A DNA stretch of 63,905 nucleotides, filler included, from Candidatus Aminicenantales bacterium (GTDB lineage Bacteria > Acidobacteriota > Aminicenantia > Aminicenantales > UBA4085), in NCBI GenBank assembly GCA_049515535.1. It is 5 parts of 5 records of this genome, joined end to end, with 100 filler letters (N's around TTAATTAATTAA, not from the genome) between each part and the next. Parts side by side here need not be neighbours in the genome. Positions count along the whole stretch, not along the records: positions 1 to 27,786 come from JBEKTZ010000002.1; 4 more parts are not named here. One strand, 5' to 3'. How positions within the stretch are numbered: the first letter of the stretch is position 1; each line of letters starts with the position of its first letter. The translations under genes were made by a program, and so were the position numbers. The notes beneath the pieces were generated by a model that ran no database searches, was not told where the DNA came from, and saw nothing but the letters and a program-made list of their open reading frames with translations. Below are positions 10,074 to 21,140 of the stretch, piece by piece.

Positions 10074-10992
10074 GCTTGAAGCTCTCTAAGTTCTCTCGCA
10101 TGAGGCCGATGAAGGTGGTCCCCGCCTCTATTTGTTCCTTGGTCAGATTATGGCCCGGATTCAATAGACGCGTGTCGGCGCCGATCTCCTTGGCGATAAG
10201 GCGGGCCATTTTATCGCTTACGCTCTGTTCGAAAAAGATCGTTTTGATGCCGCGCTTCTTGGCTTCGGTGATGATCCAGGCCAGGTCCTTTGGCGTCGGA
10301 GCGGCGTCGGGGCTCAAGCCATAGACGGCGATTTGTTCGAGACCGTAGCGGCGGGCCAGATAGCCGAACGCGGCATGCCCTCCGAAGATGAACGCTTTTT
10401 GCGCGCACCCGAGGAAGGTTTCGCGATATTGATCGTCCAGGAGGCGGAGCTTTTGTTTGCAAGCCGAAGCGGCTCGTTCGAAAACCGCGGAATTGTCGGG
10501 TTCAATGTCCTTGAGCAGCGCGGCGATCTTATCGACCAGGATCTGGTCGAGGCCGAAATCGAGCCAGACGTGAGGATCGAGGGTTTCCCCTTCGTGTCCA
10601 TGGCTTCGCTCACCCTGATCGGCCGGCAATAACGGGAGCCCCCGCCCCGCTTCCAGGGTCCTCAAGCCCGGCCTGGCCGCGCTGTCTAAAATATCCTTCG
10701 CCCAGGGTTCGAGGTTTTGTCCTATATAAATGAAAACGTCCAACGCCGCGAATTTTTTGATATCGCTGACACGGGGCTGCCATGTATGGACTTCGGCCCC
10801 GGGCGGCAAGAGAAGGGTCACCTCTCCCCTTTCTCCCGCCACTTCACGGGCGAACTCGAGAAGGGGAAAAACGGTCGTCATGATCCTGATTTTCGGACGG
10901 CCCTGAGCCTGAAGATTCTGCGCGGTTGGGGGTCCGTCCGTCGTCCACAGGACCAACATGGCGAGAACGATGACGTTTTTGATTCTTTTCAT
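10054..10992 (-). CDS. znuA: Zn ABC transporter substrate-binding protein
   Basis: PPGAEVHTW, His-rich loop HGHE, DPHVWLD, HAAFGY. Start taken at MKRIK (10992). Confidence 0.9.
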   Translation of the reverse strand: MKRIKNVIVLAMLVLWTTDGPPTAQNLQAQGRPKIRIMTTVFPLLEFAREVAGERGEVTLLLPPGAEVHTWQPRVSDIKKFAALDVFIYIGQNLEPWAKDILDSAARPGLRTLEAGRGLPLLPADQGERSHGHEGETLDPHVWLDFGLDQILVDKIAALLKDIEPDNSAVFERAASACKQKLRLLDDQYRETFLGCAQKAFIFGGHAAFGYLARRYGLEQIAVYGLSPDAAPTPKDLAWIITEAKKRGIKTIFFEQSVSDKMARLIAKEIGADTRLLNPGHNLTKEQIEAGTTFIGLMRENLESFKHGLSCR

Positions 10993-11121
10993 GGAACGGC
11001 CATCGGATGGCACCGCAGAGGCATTGTAAAGAAAGCCCGGCCGAAAAGTCAAATAAGCTTGAACGGACATGTTTTTTATGGCATGATTTTGCTTTGAACA
11101 ATCATTCGTGGAGGGAACGCC

Positions 11122-12576
11122 ATGTCCGCAAATTTGAGCGAATTGAAGCCATCTCATCTTTGGAAGCATTTCGAACACATATTGAAGATACCCCACTGTT
11201 CAGGTTGCGAAAAGGGTCTGGCCGATTATATCGGGGCCCACGCTAAAAGCCTGGGACTGATCTGGAAAAGAGATAAAGCGGGTAATGTCATTGTCCGAAA
11301 GCCGGCTTCACCCGGTCAAGAAAATGCGAAAACGATCATTTTTCAGGGCCATTTGGACATGGTCTGCGAGAAAAACGCCGATGTCCGCCATGACTTCGCC
11401 AAGGATCCGCTCCAAGCCGAAATCAAGGACGGCTGGGTCCACGCGAAGGGGACCACTCTCGGAGCTGATAACGGCATCGGAGTCGCGTCCTGCCTGGCCA
11501 TTATGGAGGACGCGTCGCTCGTCCACGGCCCCCTGGAGTTTCTTTTCACGGTCGACGAAGAGACCGGGTTGAACGGGGCCCGGGGGATCGAGCCCGGAGC
11601 GCTCAAAGGGAAAAAACTGATCAATCTGGACAGCGAAGAAGAAGGAACGTTCACGATCGGATGCGCCGGGGGTGCCGAGTCCGAGATTTCGTTTCCGTTG
11701 AAAAGAAAGAAATCCAAACTCAAAAACGCGTATCGGCTGAAAATCGGAGGCCTGCGCGGCGGACATTCCGGGCTCGATATCAATCAGGGCCGGGCCAACG
11801 CCATCAAACTGGCGGCCAGGATCCTTTGGCGGGCGGCAGCCCAATTCCCTATCGAGTTGCTCCGGATCGAGGGCGGGAACAAGCATAACGCCATTCCCCG
11901 CGAGGCCGTGGCGGATTTTCTCTTGGATCCGTCCAAAGTGAGGGCCTTCAAAGCGTTCCTGGAAAAAGAAGCCGACCGGATCAAAATCGAATACGGTTCG
12001 GTCGAAAAGGATTTTCAATGCGCCCTGGACGAAATCAAGCTCAAGAATGACGATCCTCTGACGTCCGCTTCTCAAGCGGGTTTGATCAATTTCCTGTTTT
12101 CCTGCCCGCACGGCGTCCTCCGGATGCATCCTGAGATTCCCGGTCTCGTCGAGACTTCGACGAATCTGGCGATCATCCGCTGCTCCAGAACCGCGGCGCG
12201 GATCACCTGCAGCAGCCGGAGCTCGGTCGGCCCCGCCCTCGAAACCACGCGTTTCATGCTCAAGTCGCTCGTCCAGCTCTCGGGATCTCAAATCAAACAG
12301 CCTGACGGCTATCCGGGTTGGGCGCCCGACCTGCGATCCGAACTTTTAGAAACGATGAAAGGCGTCCATCAGAAGATCTTCGGCCGGGAAGCCCGGATCG
12401 TCGCGGTTCACGCCGGCTTGGAGTGCGGAATCATCGGCGAAAAATTCCCGGGCATGGACATGATTTCGTTCGGCCCGACGATCACGCATCCGCATTCTCC
12501 CGAAGAGGGCGTCGAGATCGCCTCGGTGGAAAATTTCTGGAAGCTCTTGACGGCGACCCTGAAGGAGCTGGCCTAA
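11122..12576 (+). CDS. pepD: Aminoacyl-histidine dipeptidase (M20C)
   Basis: QGHLDMVCEK, TLGADNGIG, VDEETG, NLDSEE, GGHSG, HAGLECG, PHSP. Confidence 0.95.
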   Translation: MSANLSELKPSHLWKHFEHILKIPHCSGCEKGLADYIGAHAKSLGLIWKRDKAGNVIVRKPASPGQENAKTIIFQGHLDMVCEKNADVRHDFAKDPLQAEIKDGWVHAKGTTLGADNGIGVASCLAIMEDASLVHGPLEFLFTVDEETGLNGARGIEPGALKGKKLINLDSEEEGTFTIGCAGGAESEISFPLKRKKSKLKNAYRLKIGGLRGGHSGLDINQGRANAIKLAARILWRAAAQFPIELLRIEGGNKHNAIPREAVADFLLDPSKVRAFKAFLEKEADRIKIEYGSVEKDFQCALDEIKLKNDDPLTSASQAGLINFLFSCPHGVLRMHPEIPGLVETSTNLAIIRCSRTAARITCSSRSSVGPALETTRFMLKSLVQLSGSQIKQPDGYPGWAPDLRSELLETMKGVHQKIFGREARIVAVHAGLECGIIGEKFPGMDMISFGPTITHPHSPEEGVEIASVENFWKLLTATLKELA

Positions 12577-12657
12577 TCTCGGCCTTCCATTTTTCTCGTT
12601 CTTGCTATTTTTTCTCATTTTTTTTAGGATAAGGAAAATCCTGGGAAAGGATGTGCC

Positions 12658-15600
12658 ATGGGGAAAAAATTTTCTTTCGTTTTTTTCGCCGTCTGTTTGA
12701 TCCTGGCTTCGACGTCATTCATAAGCTGTAAAAAGAAGGAGCCTCCCCGTAGCCCGCTTTCCCAGGTCGCTGAGATCAAGGGAGACCTTCAAGTCCTCAA
12801 TGTCAGTCCCAAAGGACAGGTCCAGACGGCGGCGGAAGCCGCCGAGATCGTGGTGATATTCGATCATCCGATGGCAACACTCGAGCCGCTTCCGACGGAA
12901 GAGAAAACGAACGTCCTCAGGCTCGAGCCGTCATTTCCCGGAAGCTGCCGATGGATGGGCACGAAAACGCTGGCCTTCATCCCCAAGGAAAAATTCCCGT
13001 ATGGAACGGAGATCCAATTGACCCTGCCCGCGGGGACGCGGTCGATCGATGGATATGTTTTGAAACGGGATTTTTCTTGGAGCTTCAGCACGGCTCGTCC
13101 CCGGCTCATCAACCACGCTCCTCGGGAAAACGAAAAACAGCTGAAACTGGATACGGAAGCTTTCCTGATTTTCAATTCTCCCATGGACGAAGGCAAGGCC
13201 AAGTCTTACATGTCCTTCACCGGCGTCGGCCCTGACGGGACGGAACAATCGCTCGGCTTCGCCGTTTCGCATCCTTCAGCGGAGAAACTCAAATCCGCCG
13301 ACATCCCGAACCCGCCGGACGATATTCTCCTTCTCAAACCGGACGACAGGCTTAAGCCGGGCTATGCGTATTCCGTCGAACTCAAGGCCGGCTTGCCGGG
13401 AAAAGAGGGGTCTTTGGGCCTGGAAAAAAACGCTTTTTTCAGCTTCGAAACCTTCAAATCCTTCGAATTCCTTGCCTTGGAGTCCGAGGGCGGCTATGAC
13501 CCGTACGCACCCCTTCAATTCAAATTTTCAAACCGCGTCATCTATAGGGATTTCGTCGAAAAACTGAGATTTGAACCCAAGGTGGAAATCCCCGATTACT
13601 ATTCGTCCTGGGACCAGGGCAACGACGTCCTCTATATATCTCTTCCGCTCCTGCCGGAGACCAAATATGCCTGCCGGATCGCCGCCGATTTGAAGGACGA
13701 ATTCGGCAACACCCTCGGCAAGGAGAGGGCGTTCGAATTCACGACGTCTTCCTACCGGCCATCCGTGAGCCTGACGACGGGACACGGCGTTCTTGAAGCT
13801 TACGGCGATCTCAACTATCCCCTTTATGCCGTGAACACCGCCCAGGTCAGGCTTCAGGCCGCTCTCGTCGGAAAAGACGAAGTTATTCCGATTCTGATGA
13901 ACGAAAAGTGCTTCAGGGAAAACGAATCTTTCTTGCCCCGCCCGGATTTTTTCCAGTTCGACAAGCCGCTGAGTCTCCGTTTACCCAGAAACAAGCGGCA
14001 GATCATTCCCCTGGGCGTCAAGGACTTCCTTGGTGAACGTTCATATGGATTCGTGATGATTCAGCTCGACACGTACGCCGAAGATAAATGGAGCCGCTAT
14101 CCCAAGGCGTTTCTCCAGGTCACGAACCTCGGCATCACGGGGAAGTTTTCTCCCGATAACGACGCCATCTGGGTCACGGAATTGAAGACGGGCCAGCCCG
14201 TCGCCGAAGCCGAGATCGAGATCCGCGACGATACGAACGTCCTCCGTTGGCAGGGCAAGACCGACAATGAGGGCAAAGCTCTAGCGCCGGGCTGGAAGCG
14301 GCTCGGCGGTTTCCACGTCCAGAACGAATGGAGCAAACCCCAGCAATGGGTTTTCGCCCGCCGCGGCGGCGATATCGCTTTCGCCTCCTCGGAATGGGGA
14401 ACCGGAATCGATCCTTACCGTTTCGGCATCACTTATGATTGGGACCCCGAACCGGAGAAAATCCAAGGCACAATCTTCACCGAGCGCGGGATCTATCGCG
14501 CCGGGGAGCCGGTTCACATCAAGGGCATCATCCGCAAAAGAGAGAAAGGCCAATGGCGGCTTCCGTCGGTCAAAAGCGTCGCTTGCGAGATCAAGGATCC
14601 GTTCCAGAAAACGGTCCATAAAAGCAGCGCCGACCTCGATGCCTACGGCTCTTTCACGATCGACCTTGAAACGCGCGAGGACGCTTCCCTGGGCTATTAT
14701 CGCGTTCTGGCCAAAGTCCCTCCCGACGCACCCGGAGAAAAGGAGACCATCGTTTCCGAATCATTCCGCATCGAAGCGTTCCGGCCCGCGGAATTCGAGG
14801 TCCACCTCCGCTCCCTCAAGGACAGTTTCGTATTCGGCGATTCCTTTGAAGCCGAGATCCGAGCCAGCTATCTCTTCGGCGGGACCATGGCCGGACAGAA
14901 AGCGAACTGGACGCTTCGCCTGAATCCGACGTCGTTCACTCCTCCGGGCCATAAAGGATTCATCTTCGGCAACGAGTTCGAGGCCCTTTCCGACGAAGAG
15001 AATAGGACCGAGAAAAGCCGGCTCATCACTTCGGGCGAAGGGACGTTGGGCCCCGACGGGAAAATCGGGATCAAAGCGCCGCTTCTCGCCGAAAAGGAGA
15101 GCGCTACGGTCAGCGCGGCGCTCGAGGCCACGGTCCAAAGCCCCAGCCGGCGTTCGATTTCGAACAGGATCCAAACGCTCGTCCATCAGGGCGATTTTTA
15201 CATCGGCCTCAAGCCTCAGGCTTCCTTTTTGAAAAAGGGCGAAAATATCCCGGTCCAGGTCATCACCACCGCTCCGGACGGCTCCTCGGCCCCGGAGAAG
15301 AAAGTGACGGTCAAGCTCGCCAAGCGCGAGTGGCGCTCGGTGCGCAGGGCCGGCGTCGGCGGCCGTTTCAAATGGATTTCGGAAAAAGTCGATACCGAGG
15401 TCGGATCGAAAGACGTCAGGACGAAAAAGGACGCCGTCGAAATCGCCTTCAAACCCGAAAAATCCGGACTCTATGTTCTCTCGGCCTTCGGCCAGGACGA
15501 CCGCAAAAACCGGATCGGGACGACGACCTTTATTTACGTCACCGGCGCGGATTACGTTCCGTGGGAAAGGAAGGACGATAACGCCGTCGAATTGGTCGCC

Positions 15601-18342
15601 GATAGCGACGCTTATAAACCCGGCGACAAAGCCAGGATTCTCGTCAAGTCGCCCTATGAGCGGGCCAAAGCCCTGGTTACGATCGAACGCGAGTTCATCC
15701 TCCAGACGCAGGTCCTCGATATCCAAGGCAGCACGAGCGAGATCGAAATTCCCATCACTCCGGAACATATTCCCAATATCTTCATTTCCGTGCTCCTTGT
15801 CCAGGGACGGACGTCCCAGCCGGCCAACGCCGAATCCGAAGACGTCGGCAAGCCGTCTTTCAAGATCGGATACGCCCGTTTGAGCGTGGATCCCTCGGAA
15901 AAACGCCTGTCCGTCGACGTGACGACTCAGAAGCAGAATTTCAAGCCGAGAGACCGAGTCACGCTCCATCTTAGGGTGAAGGATGCGAAGGGCGGAGCAG
16001 CGCCTGCCTCGCTCGCCCTGGCCGTCGTGGATGTCGGCGTCCTCAACCTCATCGGCTACCAGACCCCAGATCCTTTCGATCAATTCTACGGGGAAAAAGC
16101 CCTTTCGGTCCAGACCTCGGAAACACGGCTGCACGTCGTCGGCCAGCGCAACTACAGCGAAAAGGGAGAGAATGTCGGCGGCGGCGGAGTCGCGGAAGCC
16201 ATGGCGGCCCCAGGCCTCGGGGAATTCGAGCTTCGCGGCGATTTCAAATCCACGGCCTACTGGAACCCCTCGGTCATCACCGACGATAAGGGCGAGGCCA
16301 CGGTCGATTTCACTTTGCCCGATAACCTGACGACGTTCCGTATTATGGCCGTCGCCCAGACCAAGGACTCCCGATTTGGACGGAATGAGGCCAACGTCAA
16401 GGTATCTAAACCCATTCTGCTCCTCCCCTCGATTCCTCGCTTCGCGCGCGTGGGTGACGTTTTCCAAGCGGGCGTCGTCGTCCATAATTTTTCCGCTCAG
16501 AAAGGCAATATCGCGATCTCCGTCGAGGCCAAAGGAATCGCTCTTCCCGATAAAAAGAACACGAGCGAAATCGTCTTAGCCCCGGGTGAATCGCAGGAAG
16601 TCCTTTATGCCTTTGAGGCCGATGCTCCCGGCCGGGCCGTTTTCGCTTTCAGGGCAAGAATGGGCGAGGAAACGGACGGCCTCGAGCTGACCATTCCGGT
16701 CGAGCTCCCTCGTCCGACCGAATCGGTCGCGACCTACGATCAGGTGATCCAAGAAGCCAAAGAAGAAAACGTTTCCATCCCGGACACGATCTATCCCGCC
16801 GAAAGCCGCATCGAAGTGATGGCTGCCGCCTCGGCGCTGGCCGGCCTCAACGGGACGGTGGATTATCTGACGAACTATCCTTATCTTTGCCTCGAACAAC
16901 GCCTGTCGTCGATCCTCCCCTATCTCGTCGCCCCGCAGGTCATCCAAGACTTCAAGCTCAGCGTGCTCGAACCGAAAGACATCAAAAAACTCATTCAAAA
17001 TAGTCTGAAAGAGATCTATGCCTGCCAGAAGGAAAGCGGTGGGTTCAGCCTCTGGCCGGATTCCACTTTCGAATCCCCGTTCGTGTCCTGCTATGCGGCG
17101 TTCGCCCTAATGAAAGCCCAGGCCGGGGGATATGACGTCAATACGATGCGTCTTGCCCAGGCCCTGACCTATCTCAAGAATTTCATCAAGGCTAAGCCGG
17201 ACGAGGCTTCCCCCTATAACCCCCGAAGCCTCAAGACGGCTCAGGCGTATGCCCTCTACGATCTGGCCTTGGCCGGCCGGCCCGAACCCGCATATGCCGA
17301 AAAACTTTTCCTGGAGCGCGAAAACCTCGCCCTCTTCGGTCGGGCTTATCTTCTCAAGGCTTTGTTTTTGGGTCATGGGACGCCGGCGGCCCAATCCACG
17401 ATGCTCCAGGAATTGCTCAACAAGATCAAAGTCACGCCCGCGGACGCCCATTTTGAAGAAGACGATGAAAATGGATTGCGCTGGATCTATACCTCCAACG
17501 CTCGAACGACAGCGGTCATCCTTCAAAGCCTGCTGGAAATCGGCGCTGATCACCCCTCGATTCCGGCCGTCGTGAAATGGCTCGTCGCCAAACGGACGTC
17601 CGGTCATTGGCACTCCACGCAGGAGAACTTCTTCGTCTTTTATGCGCTCAATGATTTTTACACGACCCAGGAAAAAGGGAAGCCCGGTTTCAAAGCGGTC
17701 ATATCCCTGGCGAAAAAAACGCTTCTTCAAGAGACCTTCACCTCGGTGAACCAGACCGCGAAATCCTCCCTGCCCTTAACGGATTTCAAGTCAGGCAAAG
17801 ACCTTCCCCTGAAAATCGAAAAAAAGGGAGAGGGGATCCTTTACTACGGCGCGCGATTGACCTATGCGCCGAAACAAAAGCTGGAGCCTCGGGACGAGGG
17901 CTTCGCCGTATACAAGAAGATCGAGTCCCTCGACGGTAAGCCGCTCGAAGCCGTCAAAGCCGGATCTCTCGTCCTCGTGACCCTTCAGGTCGTCGTGCCG
18001 AAAGAAAGCCTGTTCGTCGTCGTGAATGATCCTTTGCCGGCGGGATTGGAAGCGGTCAACGCGAGCTTCTTGACCGAAAGCGAGGAACAGCAGAGGAAGC
18101 TCGAACAGCTTGACGATTCGGAAGGGCGAACCTGGTGGGAAGGCTTCAATCATATCGAAACGCATGACAACCGCGTCCTCCTTTTCGCGGATTCGTTGCG
18201 CGCGGGAATCCATACCCACCGCTACCTGGCCCGGGCTCTTTCGTTCGGCCGGTTCACGGTGCCGGGCTCCACGGCGGAAGAGATGTATGCGCCCGAAGTC
18301 TTCGGTCGCAGCGTCGAACAATCGGTGAAGATCGTGAAGTGA
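12658..18342 (+). CDS. Bacterial alpha-2-macroglobulin lipoprotein
   Basis: Lipobox ..FISC, TERGIYRAGE, LPDNLTTFR, thioester YPYLCLEQ, DPLPAGLE, EEMYAPE; followed by pbpC. Confidence 0.95.
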   Translation: MGKKFSFVFFAVCLILASTSFISCKKKEPPRSPLSQVAEIKGDLQVLNVSPKGQVQTAAEAAEIVVIFDHPMATLEPLPTEEKTNVLRLEPSFPGSCRWMGTKTLAFIPKEKFPYGTEIQLTLPAGTRSIDGYVLKRDFSWSFSTARPRLINHAPRENEKQLKLDTEAFLIFNSPMDEGKAKSYMSFTGVGPDGTEQSLGFAVSHPSAEKLKSADIPNPPDDILLLKPDDRLKPGYAYSVELKAGLPGKEGSLGLEKNAFFSFETFKSFEFLALESEGGYDPYAPLQFKFSNRVIYRDFVEKLRFEPKVEIPDYYSSWDQGNDVLYISLPLLPETKYACRIAADLKDEFGNTLGKERAFEFTTSSYRPSVSLTTGHGVLEAYGDLNYPLYAVNTAQVRLQAALVGKDEVIPILMNEKCFRENESFLPRPDFFQFDKPLSLRLPRNKRQIIPLGVKDFLGERSYGFVMIQLDTYAEDKWSRYPKAFLQVTNLGITGKFSPDNDAIWVTELKTGQPVAEAEIEIRDDTNVLRWQGKTDNEGKALAPGWKRLGGFHVQNEWSKPQQWVFARRGGDIAFASSEWGTGIDPYRFGITYDWDPEPEKIQGTIFTERGIYRAGEPVHIKGIIRKREKGQWRLPSVKSVACEIKDPFQKTVHKSSADLDAYGSFTIDLETREDASLGYYRVLAKVPPDAPGEKETIVSESFRIEAFRPAEFEVHLRSLKDSFVFGDSFEAEIRASYLFGGTMAGQKANWTLRLNPTSFTPPGHKGFIFGNEFEALSDEENRTEKSRLITSGEGTLGPDGKIGIKAPLLAEKESATVSAALEATVQSPSRRSISNRIQTLVHQGDFYIGLKPQASFLKKGENIPVQVITTAPDGSSAPEKKVTVKLAKREWRSVRRAGVGGRFKWISEKVDTEVGSKDVRTKKDAVEIAFKPEKSGLYVLSAFGQDDRKNRIGTTTFIYVTGADYVPWERKDDNAVELVADSDAYKPGDKARILVKSPYERAKALVTIEREFILQTQVLDIQGSTSEIEIPITPEHIPNIFISVLLVQGRTSQPANAESEDVGKPSFKIGYARLSVDPSEKRLSVDVTTQKQNFKPRDRVTLHLRVKDAKGGAAPASLALAVVDVGVLNLIGYQTPDPFDQFYGEKALSVQTSETRLHVVGQRNYSEKGENVGGGGVAEAMAAPGLGEFELRGDFKSTAYWNPSVITDDKGEATVDFTLPDNLTTFRIMAVAQTKDSRFGRNEANVKVSKPILLLPSIPRFARVGDVFQAGVVVHNFSAQKGNIAISVEAKGIALPDKKNTSEIVLAPGESQEVLYAFEADAPGRAVFAFRARMGEETDGLELTIPVELPRPTESVATYDQVIQEAKEENVSIPDTIYPAESRIEVMAAASALAGLNGTVDYLTNYPYLCLEQRLSSILPYLVAPQVIQDFKLSVLEPKDIKKLIQNSLKEIYACQKESGGFSLWPDSTFESPFVSCYAAFALMKAQAGGYDVNTMRLAQALTYLKNFIKAKPDEASPYNPRSLKTAQAYALYDLALAGRPEPAYAEKLFLERENLALFGRAYLLKALFLGHGTPAAQSTMLQELLNKIKVTPADAHFEEDDENGLRWIYTSNARTTAVILQSLLEIGADHPSIPAVVKWLVAKRTSGHWHSTQENFFVFYALNDFYTTQEKGKPGFKAVISLAKKTLLQETFTSVNQTAKSSLPLTDFKSGKDLPLKIEKKGEGILYYGARLTYAPKQKLEPRDEGFAVYKKIESLDGKPLEAVKAGSLVLVTLQVVVPKESLFVVVNDPLPAGLEAVNASFLTESEEQQRKLEQLDDSEGRTWWEGFNHIETHDNRVLLFADSLRAGIHTHRYLARALSFGRFTVPGSTAEEMYAPEVFGRSVEQSVKIVK

Positions 18343-20609
18343 GACTCCCGAGCAAAAAGCGGACGGTTCTTCTCGCCGGGCTGAGCGTTTGTTTTCTGTT
18401 TGTCGCGTCTTTTTACGCACCGATCTCCCGCCGCCGGCTCGACCGGAAGCCTGTCATCTCGCTCCGTCTCGAGGACCGGACGGGCGTTCTTTTACGTGAA
18501 ATTCTCTCGGACGAAGCCGGCCGCTGTCGCTGGGTCGGACTGAAGGACATTTCGCCTTTTCTCCTATCGGCGGCGATCGCGTCCGAGGACAGGTATTATT
18601 TCGCTCATTCGGGCGTTAATCCCTATGCCGTCCTCCGGGCTTTTCTCCAAAACCTCAAAAGCCGGAGGGTCGTGTCCGGCGCCTCGACCATCACCCAGCA
18701 GGTCGTTCGCAACGTTTATCATTTCCGTCGAAACGTGTTTTCGAAAATCGTCGAAGCCTGGCTGGCCGTAAGGCTCGAGCACACTCTTTCCAAGGAAGAG
18801 ATCCTTGTCCAGTATCTCAACCGCATTTCTTACGGCAATCAGGCGTTCGGTATCGAGGCCGCGTCCCGGTTGTATTTCGACAAGCCCGCGGCGGATCTGA
18901 GCCTGGCCGAGTCCACTTTTCTGTCGACCCTTCCCCGCTCTCCCTCGGAATTGAATCCGTATCGCCATTCCACGGCCGCCGTGAAGAACCAGAAAGATCT
19001 GCTCCATCGAATGAAAGACTTCGGTTTCATTACGGAAGAGACGACGGCCCGAGCCCTCGACGAGCCTCTGAACCTGCGTTCAGAAAACGAAAAATTCCGG
19101 GCGCCGCATTTTTGCGATTTTATCCTGGCCCGGATCTCTTCCGAAGAGAGGCGGACGATGGCCGTCATACGGACGACCTTGGACTACGGCCTCCAGGCCA
19201 AGGTCGAAACGCTGACCGCAAACCATTTGGCCTCCCTCGAAAAGAAAGGCATCTCCAACGCCGCCGCGATCGTCCTGGACAATCGGACGGGCGAGATCCT
19301 CAGTATGGCCGGATCGCGCGATTTTTTCGACGAACGACACGACGGCCAGGTGAACGGCGCGCTCTCGCTCCGGCAGCCGGGTTCGACCATGAAACCGCTG
19401 ACTTACGCTCTGGCCCTCGAAAACGGCATGACGGCCGCCACGATCCTGGATGACATCCCGACTCGGTTTTCGACCATGGAAGGGAGTTTCACGCCGGAGA
19501 ATTACGACGAAAAATATCATGGTCCCATCCGGCTGCGCAGCGCGTTGGCCAGCTCCTACAACATCCCGGCCGTCGCCGTTCTTCAAACCCTGGGACCGGA
19601 CCTCCTTTATCGACGACTCAAGGATCTCGAATTCGCCAGCCTTCGTCAAACGCCGGGTTTCTATGGAGTGGGTTTGACTTTAGGAAACGGCGAAGTGACG
19701 CTGCTCGAGCTTGTCCGCGCGTATTCCGCGATCGCCCGAGGAGGCACGTTCCTCGAAGATCAATCGGTCCTGAAAATCACGATGAAAAACGGGACGGAGA
19801 AAATCTTTTTGCGGGATCCTTCTCCCCGTCCCGTATTTTCCCCGGATGCCGCTTATATCATCACGCATATTCTCTCGGACAAAGACGCCCGGGTGCCTAC
19901 GTTCGGATATCATTCTCCGCTCAATTTTCCTTTTTCCGTAGCGGCTAAGACGGGGACGTCCAAGGATTTCCGGGACAATTGGACCATCGGCTACACGCCT
20001 CGGTACACGGTGGGCGTGTGGGCAGGCAATTTCGACGGAGCGCCGATGCAGAATGTCTCCGGTATTTCCGGCGCCGGTCCCCTATTCAGGGACATCATGC
20101 TGCTCCTTTCCCCGGGAGATCAGGACTCCTTCGAAGAACCCAAAGGGCTGGTCCACGTCCGGATCTGTCCGCTGTCGGGGGAACTTCCCTCGTCCCTGTG
20201 CCCGAACGCGATCGACGAGATCTTCATTCCCGGAACGGAGCCGAAGACGTTCTGCCGGCTGCCGCATGACAAAGAAAAGAAGACGGCGACCCCCGTTATC
20301 GGAAGCTCGCGGCTTCCGATAAACGATTTTTCGATCTCTTTCCCCCAGGACGGAGACGTCTTCAAGATCGATCCGGTGTTGAGGCGCGACTATCAGACGA
20401 TCCGGCTCAACGTCTTGATTCCCGGCGGAATCGAGGTCCAATCCGTGGAGTGGCGGATCAACAGCCGGAAGACTGGAAGCGCCGGTTTCCCCTTCGCTAT
20501 CGCCTGGAATCTGACGCCGGGTTCCTATACAATAACGGCTCGGGCGCTTCTCAAGGCGGGAAGCCTCGAAAGCCGCCCGGTCAAGATCACGGTTTTATCA
20601 TCGTTATAA
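18339..20609 (+). CDS. pbpC: Penicillin-binding protein 1C
   Basis: EDRYY, GASTITQQ, RQPGSTMKP, SYN, KTGTS; canonical partner of alpha-2-macroglobulin. Confidence 0.95.
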   Translation: MRLPSKKRTVLLAGLSVCFLFVASFYAPISRRRLDRKPVISLRLEDRTGVLLREILSDEAGRCRWVGLKDISPFLLSAAIASEDRYYFAHSGVNPYAVLRAFLQNLKSRRVVSGASTITQQVVRNVYHFRRNVFSKIVEAWLAVRLEHTLSKEEILVQYLNRISYGNQAFGIEAASRLYFDKPAADLSLAESTFLSTLPRSPSELNPYRHSTAAVKNQKDLLHRMKDFGFITEETTARALDEPLNLRSENEKFRAPHFCDFILARISSEERRTMAVIRTTLDYGLQAKVETLTANHLASLEKKGISNAAAIVLDNRTGEILSMAGSRDFFDERHDGQVNGALSLRQPGSTMKPLTYALALENGMTAATILDDIPTRFSTMEGSFTPENYDEKYHGPIRLRSALASSYNIPAVAVLQTLGPDLLYRRLKDLEFASLRQTPGFYGVGLTLGNGEVTLLELVRAYSAIARGGTFLEDQSVLKITMKNGTEKIFLRDPSPRPVFSPDAAYIITHILSDKDARVPTFGYHSPLNFPFSVAAKTGTSKDFRDNWTIGYTPRYTVGVWAGNFDGAPMQNVSGISGAGPLFRDIMLLLSPGDQDSFEEPKGLVHVRICPLSGELPSSLCPNAIDEIFIPGTEPKTFCRLPHDKEKKTATPVIGSSRLPINDFSISFPQDGDVFKIDPVLRRDYQTIRLNVLIPGGIEVQSVEWRINSRKTGSAGFPFAIAWNLTPGSYTITARALLKAGSLESRPVKITVLSSL

Positions 20610-20720
20610 AATCGTTATAAAGGAGATCTCAGGATTAAACGTCGAGACGTCTTGATCTCCCTAAGTGCCCTGAGCGTCTTTTTCGCAAATTTTCTGCGTT
20701 CTCAACCAAGGAGTCCATCG

Positions 20721-21101
20721 ATGAAAAAAGAAGTCAAAACGGACAAAGCTCCCCAAGCCATCGGCCCCTATTCGCAGGGCATCATCGCCAATGGCTTCAT
20801 TTTCTGCTCCGGACAGATCCCTCTTATTCCTGAGACCGGAGCTCTCGTCCAGGGGACGATCGAAGATCAGACCCGCCAGGTTCTCAAAAATCTGTCGGCC
20901 GTGCTCGAGGCCGCGGGAAGCTCGCTCGACCAGGTCGTCAAGGCCACCGTCTTTCTTCAGGACATGAACGACTTCGCGGCCATGAACAAGGTCTATGGGG
21001 AGTTCTTCAAAGTGCCGTTCCCCGCTCGCGCCGCCGTCCAAGTCGCCCGGCTGCCGCGGGACGTCAAGGTCGAAATCGAAGCCGTCGCCGTGTCGAAATA
21101 G
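20721..21101 (+). CDS. ridA: RidA family enamine/imine deaminase
   Basis: [42 protein letters not shown] before ATG 20721. Confidence 0.93.
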   Translation: MKKEVKTDKAPQAIGPYSQGIIANGFIFCSGQIPLIPETGALVQGTIEDQTRQVLKNLSAVLEAAGSSLDQVVKATVFLQDMNDFAAMNKVYGEFFKVPFPARAAVQVARLPRDVKVEIEAVAVSK

Positions 21102-21140
21102 ACTGGACTTCAGCGTCTCGCTCCACTAAAATATTCGTCC

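Noticed and set aside
11079..11093. TGGCATGATTTTGCT, sigma54-like site before pepD
   Set aside because: The GG-to-GC spacing is 9 nt rather than the required 10.
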